Below are positions 1-12,410 of a stretch of 64,000 nt of DNA, in pieces. Under the pieces are notes generated by a model. The model ran no database searches. It worked only from the letters and a program-made list of their open reading frames with translations, and was not told the origin of the DNA. Within the stretch, counting starts at the first letter, position 1, and each line of letters begins with the position of its first letter. Position numbers and translations under genes: made by a program. The stretch comes from Felis catus (lineage: Eukaryota), in NCBI RefSeq assembly GCF_018350175.1, contig NC_058368.1:32738001-32802000 (forward strand). The letters are read 5' to 3'.

Positions 1-373
1 CTTTCTTTAGTGTTAATGTCTTTATTTTGAAGAATCATTCCAAAGGCCATCTCCTTAATAGTAACTTCCCTAAACACCACATTCAGACACATGTATACTG
101 TCTCCATCGCAATTCACATATCCCATTAGAGAACCCCAGTGGAGTTATTTGTTCAAACGTCTGCCCAGTCCTCTGAACAATTAGTTACACTATTAGATCC
201 TCTGAGTTTTTGACTGAGAAAAACAGTGGGTAAAATAGACAATCACTTCAGACACCACAAAGTCTAATGTATTTTTTCAGTACTGTGCTTCTCAGGTTTT
301 GAAAACAAGAGATACAGAGAACTGAGAAGCATCCTTTTGATTAACAGAAGCTGACTACTTTTACAGAATTAAC

Positions 374-589
374 TTTTTTAAAAAAGTGTTTTTTTTAACA
401 TATATTTATTTTTGAGAGTCAGAGCATGAGCAGGGGAGGGGCAGAGAGAGGGAGACACAGAATCAGAAGCAGGCTCTAGGCTCTGAGCTGTCAGCACAGA
501 GCCCGACGCAGGGCTTGACCTCATGGACAGCGAAATCATGACCTGTGCCAAATTCGGGCGCTCAACCGACTGAGCCACCCAGGTGCCCC
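374..589 (-). mobile_element. Can-SINE (SINEC, tRNA-derived)
   Basis: Reverse complement of the GGGGCACCTGGGTGGCTCAGTCGGTTGAGCG head, (GA)n and T-rich tail; TSD tacagaattaac at 362-373 and 590-601. Confidence 0.95.
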
Positions 590-1484
590 TACAGAATTAA
601 CCTTTTTAAAAATTTCCCCATGTCAAGAAACACAACAATTGATGATGCCACGTGTCATATTTGTCTATTGCCAAAACTGAATATAGAGTTTGTACATAGT
701 AAGCAAAAAAAAGAAAAAAATGGTGTTTGTGCCTGATGCATGTCTAGTCAGTAAGCACAAGTAGCACGGCAGAAAACTTTGAGGAAAAATAAGCACTATT
801 AGAAATCAAAATGAGAAAATATTAGCCCCACAATCTTTCAAGGTGATCCTTCTTACATGTATATTAAGATGGATTTTTTTGCAAGATGAATTTAGAACTA
901 CTTTGGACATTTAAATTTGATTTTCCTAAAAGAGAGAAATTGCATTAGTGTGTTTTGTGTGTCTGTGTGTGTTGTGTATAAGAGAGATTAGACTTTTAGC
1001 ATCATTGTATCATTGAAGATACTTTCGAACAAAAAGCAATGACAGTGAGTGAAGACTATGTTAATGTTGTACTTTACTGCAAGAAGTGAGCTTTTATTTA
1101 TGTGCATTGCTAGACCCAACAATCTTCTTAAAATTATTTGGGTTGTAAACCCGGGATTCTACTTTTGAAATCAATCCTCCAATCCTTGGAGCACATTGTA
1201 ATTTACTTTTTTATACACATCTAGTTAAGTAGTGACTTAAATTTATAATAATAAAATTATAAGTCAAGGTGAAAGTATTCTGAAAGTGACTTTCTATCAT
1301 TTTCTACTGTGTCTCATTTTTGATCTTGAACACTATCAGGATAGCGCCAAAGCTTTAATTTAAATGTTTGAGAAGCAGTTGGCAAAAAGCATTTTGAGCC
1401 TGAAGCAGTTATCAAGACCTCAGGAAAATTTTGAACATCTCTGAAGTGTTTCTAAGGTATGATATAGGGACTCATATTATTTTC

Positions 1485-1706
1485 TCTTTTTTTTAATTTT
1501 TTTAATGTTTATTTATTTTTGAGAGACAGAGAGAGACAGCATGAGTTGGAGCGGGGCAGAGAAAGAGGGAGACATAGAACATGAAGCAGGCTCCAGACTC
1601 TGAGCTGTCAACACAGAGCCCAACATGGGGCTGGAACTCACGAACTGTGAGATCATGACCTGGGCCAAAGTCAGCTGGTTAACCAACTGAGCCACCCAGA
1701 AGCCCC
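1485..1706 (-). mobile_element. Can-SINE
   Basis: SINEC body; TSD ggactcatattattttc at 1468-1484 and 1708-1724. Confidence 0.95.
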
Positions 1707-1902
1707 AGGACTCATATTATTTTCATTCAAATTCAGAGGGATAAATAAATTTCGTGAAGGGCCCACAAAATGTGCTTTGGATATCCCAATAATACATCAG
1801 GCTCACTGGTTTAATAAGAGTTCTCAAAATTTGATCTTTGATCTCATAATTGTATTTCTGATTGTGACATATTTGTATCACACAAATGAGTCAGCAGTTT
1901 TA

Positions 1903-2306
1903 TTTTTTAATTTAATTTATTTACTTAAGTTTATTTATTTATTTTGAGAGAAAGAGAGAGTACAGTGGAAAAAAGGCAGAGAGAAAGAGGGAGAGAGAAT
2001 CCCAAGCACGCTCCCCGCTGTCAGTGCAGAGCTCCTATGCAGGGATGGATATCAAGGACTACAGGATCATGACCTGAGCCGAAATCAAGAGTTGGATGCT
2101 TGGGGCTCCTGTCACTTAAGCATCTGACCCTTGATTTTGGCTCAGGTCATGATCCAGCAGTCTTGAGATCAAGCCCCATGTTAGGCTCCAAGCTCAGCGA
2201 GGAGCCTGCTTGGTATTGTCTCTTCCTCTGCCCCTTCTCCCTCCCCCAAAATAAATACTCTTTAAAAAATTTAGATGCTTAACCAACTGAACCACCCAGG
2301 CACTCC
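1903..2306 (-). mobile_element. Can-SINE interrupted by a nested opposite-strand SINE
   Basis: Body 1903-2101 resumes at about 2271-2306; TSD agtcagcagtttta at 1889-1902 and 2308-2321. Confidence 0.9.
2102..2270 (+). mobile_element. Can-SINE nested inside the previous SINE
   Basis: ggggctcct head to aaaataaa..tttaaaaa tail; flanked by ttggatgctt (2092-2101) and ttagatgctt (2271-2280). Confidence 0.88.
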
Positions 2307-2559
2307 AAGTCAGCAGTTTTATAGTGATCTTGAAAGAGTACACTCTCTCAAATGTCTAAATATAAAGACTTCTCATTTGAAAATGTAAGTGGAAAGAGTT
2401 CCAATAAGTGGAAAAGAGTTGGAATAAGTAAATAATTATTTTGTATACTAGCTTTTGAGTTTTCTTGAAGCTGGTAGTATATTTCTTATCAAAAGCACAT
2501 TATAACATCTAATCTTTATCTATCTACATATTAATTAGGAAACCAAAGTGTATACTAAG

Positions 2560-2670
2560 ATATTATGATGAGCAGTGGGTATTATATGTGAGTGATGAAT
2601 CACTAAATTCTATTCCGGAAACCTATATTACACTATAGATAACTATAATTTAAATAAAAATTTGAAAAAC
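2560..2670 (+). mobile_element. Carnivore L1 3' terminal fragment
   Basis: gatgagcagtgggtattatatgtgagtgatgaatcactaaattcta..tttaaataaaaa matches the 3' ends seen in reverse at 18437 and 29315. Confidence 0.8.
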
Positions 2671-2904
2671 AAGCATATAGTAAGAAAGGAATCTGTTTTT
2701 TAAAGGCTGAAATCAAATCAATGTTTTCTTGCTTCACTTGATTATAGAAGCAAAATCATTCTAAGCATAATATTTTTGGCAACCACTCCTTTTATTTTAA
2801 GAATTAATGCATATTTTGTATTAAGTTGCAGCTCAAAGTACTTACTTTTCCGTTATTCTACACTAAATATGCCAGGATGGCATCAATAATTCTATAATAC
2901 GTTG

Positions 2905-3040
2905 TAGGAAAAGCACCAACTCTGAATTCAAACATGTTGGTTTGAACTCAAGTTTTGCTGTTTACCTTTAGGATGATCAAGGGAAAATTACTTACTTTAT
3001 TGGAATCTAATTTCTTTATTTTTAAATCGTAAACACTAAT
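2905..3040 (+). mobile_element. MIR relic
   Basis: Degenerate MIR core (tttgaactcaagttttgctg..ttacttact..tttctttatttttaaat). Confidence 0.5.
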
Positions 3041-4089
3041 GGTAACAAGGGCTCACAAAAGACCGCAGGGGAACTAAGTATTGACCAGATTATGGTGCAA
3101 CCCATCATCTAACTAAAAGTTAAAACGGATGGATACTAACCAGAGATCTTTTGCTATCAGATCAGGAACACACAAAAAGCTCATATATTATATTAAAGCT
3201 CATTATACTCATTTTGGAGAATCAGAGCCATTTAAGAATATTTCATCAGGTTTATTTTTTATTTTAAACTTAATCTTAACTCTTAGGTAAGTAAACCTAG
3301 CTTTTTTTACTTGATTTTCTTAAAAGGTCAGTATTCTTGAGGTTTTTAAGTAATGAATACTCAAAACAATGACAGGTATGATTTATATGTTTTTATTTTA
3401 GTGTAAGGTAAACTTTGAGAAGGTTGATGTATTTAAGTGTCAAATGTTAATGTTTTAATTTCTTAAAATATGCAGAAGCAACCATTTTTACAGAGCATCT
3501 GAGGTTATAAATCAGCCCTGTACTATAAATGACAACTCTGTCTCCATTATCCACACAAGTATTAATTGTAAACTCCTAATTCCTTTTTTTGTATTTGATG
3601 AACAAATATTTTAATATAGCAAGAATTTCTTATGCAAAATGTCTTTGGAAAACCAAATATGTTTTTGGTGGGCTTTTAATATTCTCAGAATATGTACTTA
3701 GGCTTTTTAAATGCTACAGTCATTCATGATTTTAATAATGTTTCTATGGTTTCCTTAACATACACTAGGTAAAGCACTATTCTCTGTATTTTGTATGTAG
3801 CTTTTTCTTTGGTGCATTTCATGAGTTTTAATGGAAAAACAATGTAAGCTTGAAAAATAATGACTTTATGCAAAAAAAAAAAAAGAAAAAAACCCACAAA
3901 CAAAAAAAAAGTAGGCAAGGAGGATATTCACCTTTAAAGATGAGAACTTAACATCTTACTTTATAGTTTCTAGAATTTAATTAATTCGAGAAGTTGCTAA
4001 TAAATACTATCCATGGTAACAGTCATATAACCAAAGTATGAGATAGAAGCAAGAAAATAAAAGAATTCATATTATGAACAGTTATTATG

Positions 4090-4200
4090 TTACAAACAAT
4101 TGACATTTAATCCTCACAGCAAATATATTTGGTAGATACTATCATTCCCACTTTAGGGATGATCTTTAGATTTAAGGATGTTAGAGATTTTCATGGCATA
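4090..4200 (-). mobile_element. MIR relic
   Basis: catttaatcctcacagcaa..ggtagatactatcattcccacttt is reverse-complement MIR core. Confidence 0.55.
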
Positions 4201-4710
4201 TAACAACCCCCTCTCAGAGTACGACAAAGCTCACGTCTAATATCTTTGCATTGTAAAGAAAGAAAAATCCAGATTAGTTAAATTCATAATCAGAATCACA
4301 TTTTAAAAAAATTACCATCTTGTTCAAAGTAGGTAGGAAAGGTAGGCCCATGTAAACATTATGGGTGGAGCTGTGGAGAGACTAGAAAACCCCTGAGTAT
4401 TTATGGATGTGAACATTTCAGAGAATTTAAGTCATTGCGCATATATTTTTTTTCACTGAAACTTTGATGTTTTACTATGAATCTTGAGCCCAGGACCAAT
4501 CCAGATATTGACAGAAGGGGTTTGAGCGAATCTAGCTCACTCTTACCAATAAATAATACTTATTTTTACTTTGATTTATATTTGAGTTTGAAATTATGTT
4601 CACTTCATGCCACAGTTGTCAAAACTGGATTCTATAAAATCTCTATCTGAGAGAGTATTTTGGTGGTACTGTCTGCACAAGTAGGGCCTGCCTGATCATG
4701 TCATACTCAC

Positions 4711-4802
4711 CATATAATGCATTAGGCCCTGTTAACAGGCTGACGTCAAATGCTTTCAAATTCTTCATTTCCATTTTCTTTCAGTGTGAGGCCAATCTAA
4801 CC
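4711..4802 (-). other. Candidate non-coding exon (92 nt)
   Basis: Minus strand: pyrimidine tract..ttacag|GGTTAGA...TATATG|gtgagt; stops in all three frames; splice signals only. Confidence 0.25.
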
Positions 4803-4812
4803 CTGTAAAAAA

Positions 4813-4843
4813 GAAAGAGAGAGCAATAGAGAGAGAGAGAAAG

Positions 4844-4882
<39 letters not shown>

Positions 4883-4890
4883 AGAAAGGA

Positions 4891-4950
<60 letters not shown>

Positions 4951-4962
4951 GAAAGAAAGAAA
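4813..4962. repeat. (GAAA)n/(GA)n compound microsatellite
   Basis: About 150 bp of nearly pure GAAA units, read directly. Confidence 0.98.
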
Positions 4963-5110
4963 TTTTATTTTCTCGAAGTTCTGGAGGCTAGAAGTCTGAG
5001 ATTGAGATGTCAGTGGAGTTGGTTTCTTCTGAGGTCCCTCTCCTTGGCTTGGCCGCCTTCTACCCCTGTCCTTACATGGTCTTTCTCTCTGTGTCCTAAT
5101 ATCCTCTTTT
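4963..5110 (-). mobile_element. MLT1B-like MaLR LTR fragment
   Basis: ttctggaggctagaagtctgagat..ggtttcttctgagg..gtgtcctaat; same family as 28604-28982. Confidence 0.8.
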
Positions 5111-5124
5111 AAAAATTAAAAAAA

Positions 5125-5265
5125 AATAATTGAAACATAGCTGACATATATCATTTCCAGGTATAGCATAGTGATTCAACAGTTATATATGTTAAGAAAT
5201 ATTCACCAAGATAAGTGTATCACACAATTATTGACTATATTCCCTATGCTGTACTTTTCATGCCC
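5125..5265 (-). mobile_element. L1 (L1MA/L1_Carn-like) 3' fragment
   Basis: catagtgattcaacagttatata..ttattgactatattccctatgctgtacttttcat. Confidence 0.7.
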
Positions 5266-5355
5266 ACAAATCTCTTTAAATATGTATTTTATCTCACTCT
5301 TCAGACTTGTTGGAATATTATGTATTTTCTTTTGATATTTGATATGTATTGCATA

Positions 5356-5546
5356 TTTTTTTAACGTTTACTTATTTTTGAGAGGTGGGGGAGGGGCAGA
5401 GAGAGAGGGAGACACATCATCTGAAGCAGGCTGCAGGCTCTGAGCTGTCAGGACAGAGCCCGACGGGGGGCTGGAACCCTTGAACCATGAGATCATGACC
5501 TGAGCTGAAGTTGGAGGCTTAACCGATTGAGCCACCCAGGTGCCCC
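5356..5546 (-). mobile_element. Can-SINE
   Basis: SINEC body ending gccacccaggtgcccc. Confidence 0.93.
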
Positions 5547-8500
5547 TGTATAGTGTACGTTTTTAACAGTCATATCACCACACTGATGGATTTCATCACT
5601 TGGGAGTTGTGGACACCTTTTGTTAAAACTGGATAGGACAGGCATCAAGGAAAGTAAATGTGGAGTTTTTCTGACACTGCCAGGTAATGGTATTGACAAA
5701 GATTGTCTAATTCAATAAAAATCACATGTCCAGGAGTAAAGTAAAAAAAAAAAAAAAAAGCGATAGGTGAAATGAACATAGTAATGGTAATACAGGAGAG
5801 TAAACATCCTATAAGAGGAAGTGAACACCAGGGAGTTTTAGCAGAGTACCTGGATTGTAGAGTTCTGTTGTTGTCATTTGTTTGTTTGGATAGTCAGTGC
5901 CTAGTTATATATATGTATTATCTTAAATTTCTGAGTCATTTCTTTAGAAGGTATAGTGTTTTGACTTTATTTACTTCATATACATCTACATTTCTAGATT
6001 TGAAAGATGACCCCTCAAAAGTAATATCTGAAAATAAAGACAGAAGACTCTTGATAAATTAAAGCAGTACTAGATTGATTTGATGATAAAAATTACTTTA
6101 ATTCTAAGCAATGTAGTTTACACTTTAGTAACTTTGAGGTGGTGGTGGGATATGGATGTAATGATTTTGTGGAAAAAGATGTAATTATTCCAGAGAAGAG
6201 TAATCAGTTAATTCTGGATAGATGAATTGTTTGACAAGAAAACAATTTGAGATAAGTCTAGTATGACTACAAGACACTGAGGGCCTGGACCACATCTGGA
6301 AAAAAGGAATAGATGCAAGATATATTACAAAGTTAGCATTTCATGCCAGAAAAGATACGAGTAAATAATTTATGAACAAGCTGTGCATGTACTAAAATTG
6401 ATAGAAGGCAGGTAATAAGTATAGTCACATCATTGTTTTACAGCTACACCTTGTATTTTCAAAGTCTATTTCTCATTCTCCTGTGTCCTTTCACTTGAAT
6501 TATCTGACTTCTTTGCTAAGATGAAGTTTCATTTTTGATTCTAATATTTGTTGAAAGAAAATGCTTACCTATATTATATTTAAATTTATTATAGTACCAT
6601 TCATTAGTTGTGTGTTTCAGTATTTTAGCAATAATTGATCTTTTCAAATGAGAGATATAGATAATGATGGTAGGTAGGTAGGTAGAAACAGAAATACCCA
6701 GTTACAGAGGAGAAGAGAGAAAAAAACCCTATTAAAAAGACTTGGAATTCAAATCTTAGTAGCAATTACTTGAAGGCGTTCATAGAATGGGTTTTAATAA
6801 ATATTTTCAATTTATTTAAAATATCAGAATGGGAGACATGTTAACAGTCTCAATGTTTAGACATGTGCTAATTATTTAACTAATCATCATTTCCTCTTTG
6901 TGAAGTTGAATTAATTTAAAATAATTAGATCACCATGTCCATTTCACATTTTGAGCCTTCCTAGAATAAGCGATGAAATGGCAAATGAAATTGAAAAATG
7001 ATAGCGCCTCAGCTCTTTTCGAAAAATAAATATACAACCAGAGCATGTAAAGCCACTGTCACTTCATATAGTAGCAATCTAGGCTAAAATGAAGATGAAA
7101 CAGCTTTCCTGCCTGAAATGAAGATATCAACTGCATTAAATTAGATTTTTTTGGTACTTAAGTGAAAGACAGTTTTTCCAGTATCTGAATTACCTGCCTT
7201 AAATCACTTCATAAATTGGACTAAACAGTATTGAGTTTGAGGGTTGTTTTTCTATTCCCTTCTGTTGACACAAAGTTCAGTGCTCCATTTCTTCTTTAAC
7301 TATGAGAGAAGCTGTAATAACAGAGACTATAGACGTAATGTAGAAATGAAATGTTTCAAATTGCATTTGTGTCCCCAATGTCTACTTTAGACTTGTCCCA
7401 AGAAAAGCACACATTTTGAAGTAGTTTTAGAGGGCCCTTCTTTTGAATGGATAATAATTTATTTCATGAGGTACACATTTTCTCTTTTGAAAACAAGAGG
7501 AAAATAATTTCCTCTTTGTTCACTTTTCAGTGTAATTGTGTAGAGAATATTGGTACTTATACTGATGACTTCAATTTCTACAATGTTAGAATAGATAGTT
7601 TAATTGCAAATACTTACATATATACTCTTACTGTTAATCTTCTTAATATTACCATGGTGATGGTCCTCTGAATCCAAGTTTATTGATCTGTACGTAAATA
7701 GGGAGGTGAAAAGAAATTTCTACCCCAACTCCTCCCATTATGCTATCATTACATAGACATGGGAAAACTGTTGTAAATACGCTCATGATACAAAGGTAAA
7801 TAGATTTATGAAAATGAGAACATGGCAGGCAGTAGTAGTGAGGGAATAATTTAATATTCATGTTATCCTCTAAATAATATTGGAAAATCAAAAAAGAAAT
7901 TCTTAATAAATGTATTCTGAATAATAACAGGAACCTCAAATTTCTATTATTTATGTATTATTAAATCAGTTGTAAACTTTTAATAAAAATTATTTCAAGG
8001 GGGATTGAGTGAGATATTGCTTTAATCTAGTCTTATGTCATAAGATCTAAAATACTGTTCATTAACCTCAACACTGTACTTTCAGAACCTACTAAACTAC
8101 TGAAAACATATAAGTAGAAGTTTCTCAATGAATGCCTATTGAATTGAGTTTATGGTAAAAAGGTTGTTAGTGAAATTGAAGAGTGATTACCAAACTCTTT
8201 TTACCAAACATTAGTCGTTTACCGAACGTTTTTTTAATTTTGGCTCTGCATACTGATACCAACTTTACAACCCCATAAATTATATACCTGATTATTTAAA
8301 AAACAAATATTTTTATTCAATTTAAAATTAACTCTAGGTTTTAAAAGATTTAACAGCTTGGTCTTAAGCCAGATATATATTTTTCCCTTACATTAGAATT
8401 TTCCAAAGTAAAACCAAGATACCTGAACATCCAACTGTATCTTTATTGGATTTAAGTAGTACTTAAATCGATAACATTCTAGTTTAAAAGAGGCTACTTG

Positions 8501-9494
8501 ACTTTCAAGGCATTTAATTAAAGCTACATCCCATTAGTTAGAATAATCTAAACTTGACTTCATCTACTAAGTCATTTGGATCATTTTATCAGATCCTTCC
8601 CTTCTGAAGATTGTTGATTTACTTCTTCCTTATAGATCACACTTTACTCACAGAATATCCAACACTTAGTCATTATATGTTTAATTATAAAATACATAAG
8701 ACAATGAAAAATTTTCTTAGTCTCATTAATGGGTATATGTAAATTCTCACACATGTAATTTTTGTCTGAGATTGTAAACATTCTTATTCCCCAAATCCCA
8801 TCTTTAGTCCTGTGTTGTCTCATAGCACACACTGTCCCATTATCATTTTTCCAATAACAACAATGGCAGCAATGGCAGTTACTATTTATAAAACAATGGC
8901 TATGTGTAAGGCACTGCTTAGGACTCAACATTATTATGTTTAAATTGATTGTCATTAGGTATTATGGACCGTTAGTTGTTCTAAGATAAAATTACATATT
9001 TATTTTTGTAGTTTTAAGATAAAACTACATATACATATTTATGAAATTATATTTAGGATGAACAGATTAGCATTACAAACAAATAAAATAAAATGCGACC
9101 ATCTGGAAACAGCCATGGTAGAGCTGTGTTTTGCTTTGTGTGGTTTTTTTTTTGTATTTTTAATTTTATTTGAGCATGTAGTGTATGTAGTGGCCTTCTT
9201 TTTACCACTTGGGCCAGTACTTTTTCTCCAGGCTCTGTCTATTCTTAGCTATCATTATTTTTCCTATTTTTACAATCAAGGGGAGAAAATAGAAACTTAT
9301 TAGCTTATTCTTTTGAATGTTTTGAAGCAAAATCTTTTACATATGTAGATTACTGGCCATTTGTATTATTTTCCCCTAATTTTCTATTTCTTTCTCCTGT
9401 TAGATATGTTGCCATTGTCATGGCTACACATGTTTGGGTTTTCCAATGATATGTTGAAAAAAAAACATTGTCTTAGTGTCCCAAAAACATTAAC

Positions 9495-9620
9495 ATAAAT
9501 AGGTATTTATTGAATAGTATTCATGTGTCTGACACTGTTCAAGAGATAAGGGATAAAACAGCCTGCATAATACATACGGCCCCTCCAAATATGGGACTCA
9601 TAGGCTAAGGGGAAGTGACA
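9495..9620 (-). mobile_element. L2 3' end relic
   Basis: tatttattgaatag..tgtgtctgacactgttc..gggataaaacag resembles the reverse-complement L2 tail. Confidence 0.55.
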
Positions 9621-9997
9621 TTATGTATTTATAAATGGCATTACTACTCTGAAACAGTAGCCTCGAAACCAGAAACCAAAGCAATTCTAGGAGGATATAG
9701 TTCCAAAGTATTTGACAATTTTCTTTGTTCAGTCTTAGAAAGGTCTTTTCAGCAAATTTTCCAGAGTTTATTTTTAATTGCTGATATAGTTTATTTTCCT
9801 AAATTTGGCCTCCCTAGTGAGGAAACATTATGTTGATATTTTAATGAAAGAACAAATTACACACCTGGTCCCCCTTCTCCTCATCCTCCTACCCAAGTGT
9901 ATATTTGAAAAGAAGACAAATGCATATGTATGCATCCCTGTTTAGCTATTTGGAGAACTTGGCATAGGACTACATCAATTTCCCAATATTTCACTCC

Positions 9998-10450
9998 AGG
10001 ATTAGTTTCATAAGGTTTCCGTAACAAATTACCACAAGCTGGGTAGCTTAAAACAGCAGAAATCTCTTCTTGTAGAGTACTAGATACTAGTAATCTGAAA
10101 TCAAGATGTCTGCAGGACCATGTCCTCTGTGAAGGCTGTAGGGAAGAATTCTTTCTTGCCTCTTCCTAGTGAATGGTGATGGCCAGCAATCCTTGGTGTT
10201 CCTCAACTATAGCCGCATCACTCCAATTGTTGTCTTCATCTTCACATAATCCTCTTACTTCCATATCTCTGTGTCTCTCCAAATCTCCCTCTCCCTATGA
10301 GGACACAGTCATTGGATTTAGAACCCATTTGAATGTAGTATGACTTCATTTAGCTTGCTTACATCTGCTCAGATCACATTTACGAATAACGTCACATTCA
10401 CAGGTTCTGGTGGACATGAATTTTGGAGGGCACACTATTCAGCTCAGTAA
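9998..10450 (-). mobile_element. MLT1C/D-like solo LTR
   Basis: gtaacaaattaccacaagctgggtagcttaaaacagcagaaa..ttcttgcctcttcctag..gtcacattcacaggttctgg..cacactattcagc. Confidence 0.85.
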
Positions 10451-10822
10451 TGAAACCACTCAGTCACAAGCAGAACTAGATAACTGTGACTTCTAGTTGG
10501 ATAAGGACGTAAGAACCCCATAAAACCAAGAGAAAGCTGCTAAATTCTGCATAATTTCCTTTCAGTAACTTCATTTATAATAAATATTTCTTGTCTTTGG
10601 TAAGGAGTGAAAAAGGGAGAAATAAAATAAACTTTTGGGAAAAAAAAGAATCCATTCAGAGGAATTGATAATACAGTCAATTAAAGAAAAATCTAGCGTC
10701 TTTGAAAATAATTTTAAGGTGGTATAAGGCCCACAGAATCAAATCTTTCTGGTTGTGTTAACAGATAAATTGTAGTTGAATCCAGTGTCCATGCTCAAAA
10801 CCAAATTAAGAACTTCTGTAAA

Positions 10823-11028
10823 GGGGCATGCATATAAGTGGCTCAGGCAGACTTTGGCTCTGGCCGTGATCTCACAGTTCATGAGTTGGAGCCCAGAGTC
10901 GGGCTCTGTGCTGACAGCTCAGAGCCTGGGGCCTGCTTCAGATTCTGTGTGTCCCCCCTCCTCTTCCTCTCCCTGCTCCCTGGCTCGTGCTCTGTCTATC
11001 TCAAAAAATAAACATTAATTTTTTTTTA
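10823..11028 (+). mobile_element. Can-SINE
   Basis: SINEC body with degenerate head; TSD aagaacttctgtaaa / aagagcttctgaaaa. Confidence 0.9.
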
Positions 11029-11548
11029 AAGAGCTTCTGAAAAATTAAGGGACTTTTCTTGATGGGGGGAGAAAGGAATTCTCTAACCCTATCCCACCAT
11101 TCTATAGGTAATGGAGTTTCAAAGAAATTTCCGCACTTCTCAAACTAACCCCTTAGTCTCCAATTTACCACCTATTGGCACAGTGGCTTTGGGCAAGTTG
11201 TTTTATCCATGACTGTGCTTTCTATTGTGAGTCTCCATGCATCCCAGCCTTCATTAAAGCATACTCCGTAGTTCAATCTCTGATCGTTTCTGAAGGCCAT
11301 TAGCCATAAAACTTAGTTGTCACCTGAACAACAGTAACTGAATGTCCCAGCAGCACTTTAAATTTAATACCATCTATTCCGTAAATTTCATCTTTTTAGC
11401 CTGAATCCACATCCTCTCATGTCTCCTAAGGTAATGGCATGCTTTCCTTTAAAGCTTAAAGACATCAGGTCCAATGAACCCATCCCATCAATTTCTTGAC
11501 AATATCTTTTGATTATATTATTAACAGTTTTGATACTGAAGTATCTAG

Positions 11549-11860
11549 CATTTAATGAACACTTTCTACATGTCAATAGCTATTTTAAGCAATATTACAT
11601 ATATATGTGTATGTGTATATTTGTACTATGTATGTGTTATATATGAGAATTATTTAACTCTCAAAAAAACCTTATGAAATAGAAGCTATTAGTCAACATA
11701 TTCTAATGACTATTTCATATTCTAGATGAAATATATTCTAGGTGAAACATGTTCTACTGAAACATATTCTAGATGAAAAAAAATAATACGTACAAAGTCT
11801 AGTTTATCTACTCAAGACATACATCTAGTTAGTGAAAAAAAAAGATTCAAATTCAGGCAG
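11549..11860 (-). mobile_element. MIR relic containing a short tandem repeat
   Basis: Reverse-complement MIR landmarks (atttaactctc..ccttatgaaatagaag; gattcaaattcaggcag). Confidence 0.55.
11716..11778. repeat. About 16-bp minisatellite x4 (catattctagatgaaa)
   Basis: Units at 11716, 11732, 11748 and 11763. Confidence 0.85.
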
Positions 11861-12214
11861 GACCTATTTAGAGATGGAAAACCAAGTAAATACTCCTCAT
11901 ATTATTTATTACAATTTATTGCTCTTTATTCATTTTTACTTATTCTGAAATTTTATCAAATGAATCACCTATCAGTTTCTGCATTAAACATACATTTTCT
12001 TTTGTGATTTTATTCATGATTCTTTCATTTTCATGAGATTGTCCTCCACTGCATTGACATAAATGTTTCCTTTATCCATAAATTTTAATTAACTCAATCC
12101 TTTCCCCTTTTAACTCAATCCTGTCCCCTTTCCCGGGAAGTTATAACTTTTATTGTGAACTCATAACATCTGTTATAGTATATTATATTAATTTGTATTA
12201 TAATAACTAAACTG

Positions 12215-12410
12215 TTGAAGTTACTAAGTAGTATATGTTCCAAGCACAATGCTTAGCCTTCTACATATATGTCAAACTGTATATTATTTAATTTTCAAAC
12301 TGTATACCAGGTACTATAATTATTTCTACTTTATAGACAATAAAACTAAAGTTTAGAGTTAAAATAATTTTCCCAACCTCACATTAGGAGTAGAGTCAGG
12401 ATTTTAAGAG
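12215..12410 (-). mobile_element. MIR relic
   Basis: aggtactataattatttctactttatagacaataaaactaaagtttagag..tttcccaacctcaca. Confidence 0.6.

Noticed and set aside
11716..11778. Short repeats as a CRISPR-like array
   Set aside because: Head-to-tail units without spacers, in mammalian DNA inside a MIR; a simple minisatellite
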